Positions 1 through 11,003 of a DNA stretch of 64,000 nucleotides are shown here, in pieces; within the stretch, counting starts at the first letter, position 1, and each line of letters opens with the position of its first letter. The position numbers and the translations under genes were made by a program. Under the pieces are notes generated by a model. It did not search any database, was not told where the DNA came from, and worked only from the letters and a program-made list of their open reading frames with translations. Source of the stretch: Macrostomum lignano (lineage: Eukaryota); contig NIVC01000238.1 in NCBI GenBank assembly GCA_002269645.1, positions 1-64,000 on the forward strand. The letters run 5' to 3'.

Positions 1-936
1 TCGAGGTCGCAGGTGATGGCCTCTTCAGGAAGCTGATGCAAGGATTGCCAGAAGAAGCTGGTGAGTCGAAGATTCTGTTATCACTAGTGACTCTGAATGT
101 TAAATTAATTCGAGGTTCCTTAACTTTGAGGTCCTTTGTGATTGAGTGTTGCAAGAACCGTTGCGTAGCCCACTCATTATCGTGATGCTACCACTGGCAA
201 GCCTCTGCGAGTAGACTATATTCTGGCTCTGGCCCTTAGTCCTAAGCTGGAAGTCTCGCTGAGCTCCCAGCGACACCGACACAATGGTCGGGTCGTGGCC
301 TAACTCTGGTTCGTTGTCAGAGTGGCCATGGATGGCTACCGATCCATCTTTATAAAAGTTGATCAGGCACGAATTACCTAGTGGCAATCTAAGCTCGACG
401 TGAAGCCAAATGGCTAAGTGAGTGACGACTGGGTGCCAAGCGTCGTTGCACTCAATCTTAGTACCCCCGTAGGTGTACTCAAGCCCATACCAAACTATTT
501 TCCTGGCCTCAGGCTTGCCCTTGGTTAGATGGTGGATGAGTTTGGATAAATGTCTTCCATTAAAATATTTATTTAGCTTGGCTTCAGAAGATTTGAGCGC
601 ATTTGGCAGATATCTAATTTTGCAGTTAGTTAAAGGCTGGCCAGTTTTGTCATCTGTGAGGTCTGGTTCTGGTAGACTGAGTATCAATATTTTAGTTGCT
701 TTTCCTAAGTCTGCTAGTTTACTACTCTTGACAGGCTGGCTCTCACCATCGCTGGCCACATGAAGTTCTTCAGTCACTGTCTGCTGTTGCACACAAGTCG
801 GCGCATTGCTGGAGGACGCAGAACAGGACCTCTGGTCTGGACCGAAGGAGGACCGGTTGTTGGCCTTCTTGGTGCTGACTGGCGGCGAGTCAGTGTCTCT
901 AGAGGCACATCTTTTGCTATTGACTTCTACTTCCAT
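1..936 (-). pseudogene. LINE ORF1 (copy D), N-terminal AlkB/2OG-Fe(II) dioxygenase domain, 1-nt frameshift near 170
   Basis: NSCLINFYKDGSVAIHGHSDNEPELGHDPTIVSVSLGAQRDF and LASGSITIMSG; the shifted frame continues TQRFLQHSITKDLKVKEPRINLTFR (HxD...H...RxNLTFR). Confidence 0.85.
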
Positions 937-982
937 TGCAGATTGATGCTAGTACTAAGTGTTGACAAAATAAAGCCAAAAT
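1..982 (-). mobile_element. Non-LTR retrotransposon copy D (5' part; runs off the window start), AlkB-ORF1 family
   Basis: ORF1 N-terminus MEVEVNSKRCASRDTDSPP is close to copy A's MEIEINSKRCSRDTDSPP. AlkB motifs are present. Bounded by the shared junction motif at 983-999. Confidence 0.85.
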
Positions 983-999
983 TAATAAATGAAAACAAC
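983..999 (+). repeat. Junction/target motif copy 3 (TAATAAATGAAAACAAC; 15/17 match)
   Basis: Lies between the 3' tail of copy C and the 5' UTR of copy D; two mismatches to the copies at 6681 and 16995. Confidence 0.75.
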
Positions 1000-1911
1000 T
1001 TTTACTTTTTTTACTTTAATAAGTAGGGGCTAATATAATGTTGCCCTGCGCCTCAGCCCTTTGAAGGCCTCTTGCGCAACTTTATATTTTTACGCGTATG
1101 TTCGAATTATTAGAAGTTATAGTCGTCCAATTTAGGAAAAAAAAAAATCGAGGAGTATTTACATAAAACAAATATTTGGGGTAGCTATTAACAAATAATA
1201 CTAGTATAAAAAGGAACAAAAGATGAGGTCAAGTGTAAAACAAGAATTTGAGAGTTTGAGAAATAAACTAAAACGATCATTTTTTTATAAATTTAGGATT
1301 AAAAACAAAGAATAAAACACAAAGAAAATATTTGAGCAATATTGGACAAAATTAAAAGTTTTTTAGCAATATTGGAAAAAATGAGGTAAAACAGTTGGCA
1401 ATATTTTTAAAAAATATGATGTCTTAATAATTTGAATACAAAAATAATTGCATTGGATTAATACTTAGTCATCAATTAGAATACGCCTGCAGTAAAGGTT
1501 GGATTCTCCCGGAGAGAGGTGCTCGTGTCTATATTTTAATCAATTATTCCAAGGAATAATCAATATATAATGTCAAATCCTAATCAAACTAGTCGAGTCA
1601 AACTTTGTCCGTATAAATAGCTAACTGGACCCTACGGGGTGAATAACAGCTCACTCAGTCAGAGTTAAGGGCCTTTTGGTCCACCTGGTTTGGGGTTCCA
1701 GGTTTAAAACGTCCCGCCTGAGGGAGCTGTGGATAGAGAGGGCTATGCAGCCTAGCCAATGCTAGTACCCCTTGGAAGGCAGGCGATAACTTCGGGAGCC
1801 GTTCCGTCATACGGCAAAAAATTGCAATTATACAAAGGGAAGAGGGTCGACAGACCAAACTCCAACTGAAAAGCACAATATTTGTTTTATAGCCAGGAAT
1901 CTGGCTATAAA

Positions 1912-4302
1912 TTAGGCATTAAGTTTTTTCCTGAGCGCAGCTGTGACCGGGACTCGAAAGCCGGGTCTCAACCATTCTTTGGTGTCATCTTTGAATTTGT
2001 GAATACCACTAACGCTTTTTGAACCATTTTTCCCTAGGCTAAGTAGGCGATATTTGATCATGGGCATGTTGGTGACCAAGTGGATGTAAGAGTTTTTTAT
2101 GTAAGGCGGAGCATCAAGGGAGATGCGCAGAGCCTTGTTTTAGAGTACCTGAATTCTGTTGACTTGGAAGTCGGAAGATTAAGAAGGATGGAGCACCGTA
2201 AGTGATGGTACTTTCAATGAAAGACCTGTAGATCAGTCCTAGTCCGTGCTGGGAGATTCTTTTTGCCATTCTGGCTAACGCAGCAACCTTATTTGTGGTA
2301 GAACCAACGACCTTGTTAATATGAGATTTGTAGTTGAGTTGTTTGTCTAGGACCATTCCAAGAAAGGTGACAGTGTCATAATAACTAATTATGTTGTTCC
2401 CGAGTTTGATCAGGGGTTCACCCGGGCCTGTTTTGTTGCCATTTGCCTTAAAGAAGGAGATTGCTTTACTTTTAGAGGGATTAATAGTAATGCCAACGGC
2501 ATCAAGCCACCTTTTGAGTCGGATAAAGTAGTCATTGAGTATTTTAGCAGACATGCTAAGGTTTTTTCATAAAGCTTGCCTAAACAAGAGGTAAGGCTGA
2601 TAGGCCTATAGCTATCAATGAGGTTTTTAGGTTTATTTGGTTTGGGTATCATTTTGACAGTAGCCATTTTCCATCGCTTGGGAAGTATCCAAGGAGGAAG
2701 CTAGCATTAAAGATCTTTGCAAGGACTCTGATGGAGTCTGGACTCAGGCCAAATTTGAGGACAATGTTCGGAATCTTGTCAGGCCCGGGAGCCCCTCCTG
2801 CCCTGAGCTTCCTACTCTCCCAAAGAACATCCTGATCTATGATGTTGAGAATATCAGCTTCAATGTCTTTTTTGTCTGGATTATCAGGATCGGCATGGTC
2901 TTTATGATAGGTTAACGCAGCTAAGATGTTATGGGGTTTGTAGATCTCATGATCTTTTTGGGCCTCAATTCTCTTATAGAGCTGGGAGGATCTGTCTGGA
3001 CAGGGACGCATCTGAGCCTCAAGGAACTCCTTGAAGGCCTGTGCTTTCTCAGCTTCAGTTTCAGCAACAGAATCCTTGAGAACGATTGGGGGGTACGAGA
3101 TCGGTTTAGGACCTTCCCCCGTCATTTTTTTATATCAATCCAAAAAATTTTGGTTCATTTCGGTAGCTGGTTTTGGAAATTTTTTTGCATAACTTTTCAA
3201 ACTTCCTATATCTATGCATACGGATGGCGAGCCTGATCTCCTTAGCGGCTTGATTCGCCTGAATCATAAAATGGTCAATCCGGGTGTTTCTAAAGAGTTT
3301 TCTAAGTTTCCTCCTGTGTTTAATTTTTGCTATTATGTCTGGGGGGAGTTGTCCGCGGGGATCTCTGTTTGGGATCACCTCCTCAATCGTGTCGTGCAAG
3401 CCCTGGGTTAGCAGGTCTACAGCCCTATCTAATTCAGCTGGAGTGGCCAACCTGAGATAGTTGATTAGTTTATCACTGAGTTTGTCCTGGAGAACAGCCC
3501 TGAAGGTTTCCCAATCAGTGCTCCAGAAGCTTTTAGGGGGGGGTTCGAAATTTTACAGTTTGGGTCAAGGTAAACTTTTATGATGATGGGAAAGTGTCAC
3601 TATCCATGTCATCACCTATGGGAACCTCACTAGTGTGAGGACCAAGATTGGGGGAGCAAAGCCCCAAGTCCAGCTCATTAGCGGTGTGGGAGCCGCCACG
3701 ATTACACACTCTGCTGAATTCACCATAGTTATTTAATAAAATAGGGGGTTGGGGTGGTTTTCAAGCCAGTCAAAGAGCTGTCTGCCGGGGTAATTGTAAT
3801 TTGTGTCTCCACCTAGGGCAGAGTGGTTACAGTTGAAGTCCCCTATAACCAAAGTGGAGGAATTTGTGAAAAGATTTTTTAGAATGTCGCAGTTTAGCTT
3901 GGTAGGGTTAGGCGCCCTGTAGAAGAGGACTATATTAAGTTTGTTTAGCCTATTATGCTTTAAGAAAACCTCAAAGCTAATAAACTCATGGTTACTGTTA
4001 TCAAAATACTTTTTGACATTCATAATGTTTAGATTATTTTTGTAAGCAACTGCGAGGCCTCTTCTACAGTGAGGTTTATCAAATCTAAGGATGGCGTAGT
4101 CTTGGACAAAGAAAGGGTTTGTGTCAACTAAGCCAGTTTCAGAGAAAAGTCCTATGTCTAAGTCCTCATTTTTTAGCCACGAGATTATCTCATAGATTTT
4201 GTTGCTGAGCCCGTTGCAGTTCAGGTGTCCAATAATGAGGGAGTCCCGCACAACAGAGTGACTTTTAGTCTTAGTCGTAGAAGTATTACGAGGAGAGTTG
4301 AA
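1912..4302 (-). pseudogene. LINE ORF2 (copy C): APE endonuclease + RT with several frameshifts and an internal deletion of the RT core
   Basis: GHLNCNGL, LFSET, IGDFNCNH, YRPISLTSCLGKLYEK joined directly to MSAKILNDYF at ~2550, so QGGVLSP and FADD are missing (~460 bp by comparison with copy A). C-terminus PGFRVPVTAALRKKLNA*. Confidence 0.9.
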
Positions 4303-6390
4303 TTAATAGAGCAGAGCTAAGCAGACTATAGAAAGAGAGTTCAGGTTTCACCTCCGTTCGCTTGCACGACTTTGGTGTCCCCTGACTCAGCAACAGGCCC
4401 TCTTTGACACCTGAACACCCTAACGACTTCAGACACCACCCGGAAGACGATTGCCCCGCCTCCCAGGATGTGAACATCCGTCCTTGTTCAATGTTCATGA
4501 GTCGGTCGAGCGCCTGTAACACTACATCGAGCACATCTTCCCGAGAGAAAAAGCCCCTCTCACTTGGTCCTATTTGGTTAGTTGATTCAACTCCTGGATG
4601 CATCATGACCGGATTGGCTGGAGCAGTTGTTGGCGGCTCAAATGTGTTGATTGCATCAGACAGAGCATTCTGGTTGGCTGAGGCGACTGAGGCGGCGGCG
4701 GCAGCATTGGCAGATGAGGCGGGGAATGATGCTCGTTGGGCTTCGGCAGCTTTGGCAGCTCGGTTAGAGAAGGCTATTGGCCGAGAACCGGCTGCGGACG
4801 CATGGCATCTGCGTAGGAGATTGGCCCAGGGACGCCGAAGGTTTCCCCAAGGGTCTGGCTGTTTTCTGGCTTATGGGCTCTCAGCTGTTGTTGTTGCTTT
4901 CGGATTCGGTCATGTTCTTTGCGGTTGCCAATTCGTTAGCCTCTCGGACTTTAGAGCATTTGAATGAGAATGCCGGATGGTTTTCGCCGCAATTTGCACA
5001 CTTGAAGACTTGGTCTTTGGGGCAATCCATTGAGAAATGATTGCCAGCGCATTTGTTGCACCTATAGTTTGCTGTGCAGCGCGCCTCATGGTGACCGAGT
5101 CCTGAGCACCGCTTGCACTGGATAGCTCTGACGGGCGGGAGACTATTAGATTCTTCGCATCTATATTTCACAAATCCTAGGTAGATACCCTGTTGGATGC
5201 AGCTATCTACTACTCTTTGGCACTTGGTGAATAGCCTTACGAAGGGAGTCGGCTGGCCAGTCTGTTTGGAGATAATTCTAACTGCTCCATCTATTGAGAG
5301 TTGCTGGTCAGAGTCATTTAGGTGCTTGGCTAGACCGCTTACGTCGACCGCTAGCGGAACGTTACGGACAATGAAGGAGAGAACGTTCGGAGATTTGAGG
5401 GGGGCTCGAACCCTCGGCTGGTCATTAGCTTGGTGGACAGGTCTCTTAGCAGCAGTGCGCCTGGTGACTTCAAAGTCATTAATTGAGCTGATTTTCATTG
5501 GAGCTGTTAAGAGCGTATTGAAGTCCCTGGGATGCTCAGGGTGGACAATGTAGCCAGGTGAGTGGCACAGATCTTTAACTGATTTGATTCTTACGTTACG
5601 GAAATTAGTCTTTAGCAGCCACTCAAACTATATTGGATCATTTCCTTCCAGGGCGACTTCGAAGATGACTGGTGCAGATTTGGTCTGCCTGGACTGGCTA
5701 TTGTTGGCGCTGGATTTAATGCTGGATTGGCTAGCCCTTCTGATTTTCTCTAGGTTGACTCGCTCTTCTTCAGCTTTTCTACGAATAGAGTCTTGGTCAT
5801 CAAGGTCGCAAGAGATGACTGGCTGATCATCAGTGGGAGTGATGAGATCCTGCGACTGGCGAACGCAAGGGTTCAACGAGGGCGCTGGAGACTCGGAGAC
5901 CAGATTTTCAGAAGTCATTCGAAAGGTGAGATTAACGCGAATGTCTTTTACTTTAGGGTCTTTGTAGATGCTGTGCTCAAAATATTTCTGAGTGGCACCA
6001 CTCATTACCAACAAACTGCCAGACTCGAGAGGTTGCTTAAAAACAATGTTTTTGGACTGCTTGGATCTAATCTAATGGCTAATTCTCTTGTAGCTCCCAG
6101 CGAAATAGAGGCTATTGTCGGATTGGGGCCAAGTTCGGTCTCGTCATCAGCGTGCCAGGGGATGTTAACATGCCCCGATTCGTAAAAATTTACTAGGCCG
6201 GAGTTGAACAGTGGTAGCCCAAGTTCGACGTGGAGCCAGGTAACTAGCTTGGTTAACTCCGGGTACCAGGCCTCATTGGCTTCCAGACTACCACCGGAAT
6301 AGGTGTATGCCGGGCCGTACCAGACAATTTTTCTTTTTTTCTGGTCTACCATTAGTTAGATGGTGAAAGGCTTGCGGGAGGACATCTTTG
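4286..6390 (-). pseudogene. LINE ORF1 (copy C): AlkB domain + gag-like domain with 3 CCHC zinc knuckles, frameshifted
   Basis: FNSGLVNFYESGHVNIPWHADDETELGPNPTIASISLGATR; FEHSIYKDPKVKDIRVNLTFR; CKRCSGLGHHEARC, CNKCAGNHFSMDC, CANCGENHPAFSFKC. Confidence 0.9.
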
Positions 6391-6680
6391 ATGATCAAGC
6401 AGTCAAGCAGTCAAGCATCTTTGAAAGCGTTAAGTCTGGCGCTAAAAGCCGCTGTCTCGCACGAGCCGACGGCGCCGCCACCGAGCCAAGCCACCGAGCC
6501 GCCGCCGCCACCAAGAAGTAGGACCAGTACGCAGTGCGTAGCCGCTGACGCCGGTGCAGATAAAGACCGATGTAGGACCTGCACGTAGTGCGATGCTGCA
6601 GTAGAGCCGGAGAGCACCAGGAGATGTAGAGCAGGCAATGTAGAGCAGGCGGTGTTAAGCAAGCAAGTTGAGCAGGTACG

Positions 6681-6697
6681 GAATAAAGGAAAACAAC
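6681..6697 (+). repeat. Junction/target motif copy 2 (GAATAAAGGAAAACAAC), probable target-site duplication
   Basis: Identical to 16995-17011; directly abuts the (ATTC)n tail of copy B. Confidence 0.85.
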
Positions 6698-9600
6698 ATT
6701 CATTCATTCATTGTTGAGTATTCGGGCTTAAATAGGCCCGGCGCTTCAGCCTTTTCGGCTTTACGCACAATGTATTTGTAGGTTATCGAGTTTTTATTGA
6801 CATTCGATTTCAATATTTTGTTAAAAAGTGCATAAAATAAAACAAATAAAACAGTGTATCAGATAATATATAAAGTAGCAATCGAAGCAATAAAACAAAT
6901 CTGACTAAGGTGAATCGAAGATGAAGAGAACGAAGGCATTAGAACAAATCGAAAAAGGAAATTGTGAGGAGATGTAAAAACAAATTAAAACAGTAGAGAT
7001 GATTAAAACATGTACAGTTCAAAGTCGGGAGAGAGACAGAAGATGAAGCAGAGCACAAAGAGGCGAGGGGTATAGGCAAAGTTGCGTCAGTGTTATTGTA
7101 TATTGAATATTTGGCATATTGGCATTAAATATTTGGAATATGGCATAAAATGAAATAATTGTTAGTTGTACAATAAAATTGTATACATGTATTGTCATGA
7201 ATATTTTCTGGTGTAAAAAATTTTTATCACAGATTTATTTGAGATTTCATTTTTTTTTACAATTACATCAAGAGTTTGTTAGGTTTTATTCAATAATTGC
7301 TCTTGTTTGACAATACTGCTCACAGTTGAACCTAAGCACAGCATGGGTGCCACATTAGACATTTCTCAGACGGGCCACTGCAGGCATCCTGAACCCTCTC
7401 CTATCCCATTTCTTGGTGTCTAGGTCGAAGTTGTGTACTCCAGACATCTCGGTGTTTCTGTACCAGCGCTTGGCTAGATTCCAAATGCGCTCTTTGATCA
7501 TCGGCATTTTGGTGATGTAGTGTAAGTAACTAATTTTAGTGCACAGTGGAGCGTCTAGTGACGTTCTCAGCGCTTTGTTCTGTAGCAGCTGCAACTTGTT
7601 GAGTTGAGCATCCTTGAGGTGTATCAAGACTGGAGCGCCATAAATTATGCAGCTCTCAATATACATCCTATAAATCAGTCTAAGCCCCTGCTGGGAGATT
7701 TTGGTATTACTAGCAAGGCGCTGCAGCGCAAGGAGCTTGTTCTGCGCAGAATTAATTACCTTGATGAGATGAGGTTTATAGGTGAGCTGTTTATCAAGGA
7801 TAATTCCTAGAAAACGCACAGAGTCATAGTAAGGAATGGACTGATTGCCAAGCAGCAAGGGGGGCCTATCAGGTCCTGTCCGGTGATTGCCCAAGGGCTT
7901 GAAAAAAGAAATTGCTTTGCTCTTATTTGGGTTGATAATTATCCCAACCTCGTCTAACCAGATTTTGAGCTTCTTGAAGTAGGCATTTAGCAGCTTAGCA
8001 GAAAGTGATGAAGTTCTGGCGCTGGCCCAAACGGCCAGGTCATCTGCGTACTGACTAATGCGAACCTTTCTGTCAGCAGGAAGCGGAATTTTGTTGACAT
8101 AAACCAGGAAGAGGAGCGGCGAGAGGACACCTCCCTGGGGAACACCTGCCGCCGGGTTGAGGCTCTCACTCAGCCCCCCCCCCCCAACCTGGACCAGCAC
8201 TTCTCTGTCGTCAAGGTAGCTAGAAATGGACCTCATGAGGCTGTGAGGAAGATCACTGTCGAGAAGATCAAGGCGTAGCGAGTCATGCCAAACGCCGTCA
8301 AAGGCGCCCTTAACATCAAAAAAGACACCAAGGGTGTATTGCCCAAGCTGCAGCATTTTTAGAACGTCATCTGTGATCCTGACTATGTTGTCAAAGGTGC
8401 AGTGATCTTGGCGATATGCACATTGATCGGAACTAATAATGTTACGGTTTTCAAGAATGGTTCGAAAGTTTCTAGCGAGTATTTTTCATATAATTTTCCT
8501 AAGCAGGAAGTTAGGCAGATGGGGCGGTAGCTGTCAATTTGACCTTTGGGTTTGTCGGGTTTGGGAATCATCTTTATGATTCCCTTTTTCCAGGCTTTGG
8601 AAAGTACCCAAGCAGGGAGCAAGTATTGAACAGCTTAGTAAGCACCCTGATGGAGTTGGGGCTCAGGCCCTTCTTGAGGACGACATTGGGGATCTTATCG
8701 GGGCCTGGGGCTCCCCCGAGCCGAAGACTGCTTATAGCCATTGTAACATCTATGTTTATGATCTCAAGAAGGTCAGCCTCAGACACTTCTTGATTGTTGC
8801 CCTCAACAGCCTGGTTTTCTCTAAAGTAGGACAGAGCCTGAAAGATCCCCTCATGGGGCTTGAAGATTTCTCGCGATCGAGCATTGATGACTTTGTTATA
8901 GTACTCAGTCCAGGCTTAGGCTTGGGTTGCATTTGGTAGTCAAGAAAATATCTGAAAAGGTTCGCTTTTTCAGCCTCTGTTTCTGCAGTGGCGTCATTAT
9001 GCTTCAGTGTAGGGTAGATTATCCTTTTCTTGGCTTCGCCAGTCATCTTTTTCACGTCTTCCCAGAAGCGACGTGGTTCGTGACGATAACTATTTTTGGC
9101 TATCTTCATACTTTTTGTATCTGTGATTCTTGATAGCTACTCTGATATCTTTGGCCGCCTGATTGGCAAGAATCCTGAACGTATCGTCCCTAGTCTTCTT
9201 GAAGCATTTTCTAAGATGCCTCCTGTGCTTAATTTTTCTAACTATGTCCGGTGGGAGTTGCTCTCTAGGGTCTCTGTCAGGGACCACCTCATTGATGGTG
9301 TCAGTGATAGCCGAAGACAGATTGTCCACGACTTGGTCGATCTCTTCAGGGGTAGAGATATCAGATTTTAGAATTCTGATGTTGTCAAGCTTGTCCTGTA
9401 GCGAGAATCTGAAGGACTCCCAATCAGTCTTCCCGAAGCTTTTGAGCGGGAGCTTTGCCTTGTGGCAAGCGGGATCAATGGACAGAGATACAACTATGGG
9501 AAGATGGTCACTGTCTAGATCTTCACCCACGGAGACCTCACTGGAGAAGGGAGCAAGCCTGCTAGTGCACATAGCTAGGTCAATCACATTGCCTAGGTTT

Positions 9601-11003
9601 TTACCAGAGCGGTTATAGATCCGCGTGTAATCCCCGAACTTGTTGAGAACGACAGGGGGATCCGCATGCGAATCGAGCCAATCAAAAAGCTGCCTCCCAG
9701 GGTAATTTTGAGCACTATCACCACCAAGAAACCCATGCCTGCAGTTGAGATCTCCTAACAGAAGGGAGTATGGGGAGGATAGACACTGCTCAAGCAGATC
9801 CGTCTTAAGACAGTCGGGGAGCCCGGGGGCCCTATAGAACAGCGTGATATCAAACTTCCTGAAAGAGTTGCCAGGGAGATGCACTGAAAACTTGATATAC
9901 TCATGAGTTTGACTATCAAAATACTTTTTAACCCCGTCAATAATAAGATGACTCTTGTAAGCAATGGCAAGCCCGCGCCTGCAGTCTGGAACGTCTAGTC
10001 TCAGGATGGCGTATCCCTGTATGAAGAAATTATTGTCCTTGGTCAGACACGTCTCGGAAAAAAGGCCTATATCAATGTTTTCGTCTCGAACCCACCATAT
10101 AACCTCATGCAGCTTATTTGAAATCGTGTTACAGTTTAAATGCCCCACTTTCAGCGTAGTAGAGCAGTTGTTTACCCTCGAACCATTCTTGGTAACTGAG
10201 CTGTGACTGTTACTGTTACACACTGACATGCGCGCTCTTAAGTTTCAGGTAACAAGTAGTTCGGGGCCTGAAGGTGAACAGCTTACCATGCAGCTGCCCC
10301 ACCATCAGCTCCCTGACCCTGTAGCTCCGAGAGTGAGCCCAGGACCTCAATGACAACGTGGACTGCGAGTTCCCCCGCAGTCTGTGCGTCGCAGAGAAGC
10401 CCCGAGCCCATCTCCAGGATGCTACTCAAGGCCCTCATGGCCAGCCTGAGAATATCTGTTTGTGAGTAAATTTTTGAGCTACTGTTTTTGGTATGGTTAT
10501 AATTGGTGGCCGCATGATTTGGTTTGGCCCAACTCGCCTTCGGTCCGTAGGTCACCGGCTCGGTCTGGTTAACAGTCGATGCTGACCCCGCGCCTGAGGC
10601 CACCGCTGCAGGGGCTGTCGCCTGAGCCACTGCAGGGGCCAGGTACCGGGACGACCTCCGCGGAGGCCATCGCCTGGACCGCCGCGGGGTGGGATGCAGG
10701 CTCGGTTGCCGGGTCAACCGCTGCAGAGGCCATCGCCGAGACCGCCGCAGGGGGACCAGCCGGGCACGCGTTGTACATTGGAGGCAGTTGGCTTGTCACA
10801 GCTGATCGGCTTGCTGCTGCAGAGTAGGAGAACTGTTGCGGCCTCGGAAAGGCTTCTGGTAAGTTTTGCTGATAGCAGTCGTAGTCGTACTGTTGTCGTA
10901 GACTGTGCACCCTCTCGCGCTCCCTTTCAGTTGCCAGGCGATGTGCCCTAATAGCTACTGGGCATTTGTGAGAATACGACGTGTGCTCACCACTGCAGTT
11001 GGC
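6698..11003 (-). mobile_element. Non-LTR retrotransposon copy B (5'-truncated within ORF1), with (GAAT)n 3' tail
   Basis: Begins at the third zinc knuckle (ANCSGEHTSYSHKC at ~11003); ORF1 C-terminus 10283..10910; ORF2 7355..10229; 3' UTR; tail AATGAATGAATGAAT at 6698-6712. Confidence 0.9.
7355..10229 (-). pseudogene. LINE ORF2 (copy B): APE + RT, several frameshifts; no RNase H or C-terminal zinc finger seen
   Basis: GHLNCNTI, LFSETCL, LGDLNC, DSDHLPI, YRPICLTSCLGKLYEK, FFDVKGAFDGVWH, GVPQGGVLSPLLF, ISQYADDLAVW, LQLLQNKALR. Confidence 0.93.

Larger units (their letters stand above)
1000..6680 (-). mobile_element. Non-LTR retrotransposon copy C (AlkB-ORF1, APE-RT), decayed
   Basis: ORF1 fragments 6005..6352, 5628..6014, 4881..5498, 4286..4606; ORF2 fragments 3733..4251, 3130..3450, 2649..3125, 2410..2667, 2114..2554; AT-rich 3' UTR; 3' stem-loops at 1027-1078. 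Confidence 0.9.

Noticed and set aside
100-936. Stand-alone host ALKBH2/3 gene
   Set aside because: Intronless, shares its N-terminus with LINE ORF1 of copy A, and follows a LINE tail and junction motif, so it is part of the element.
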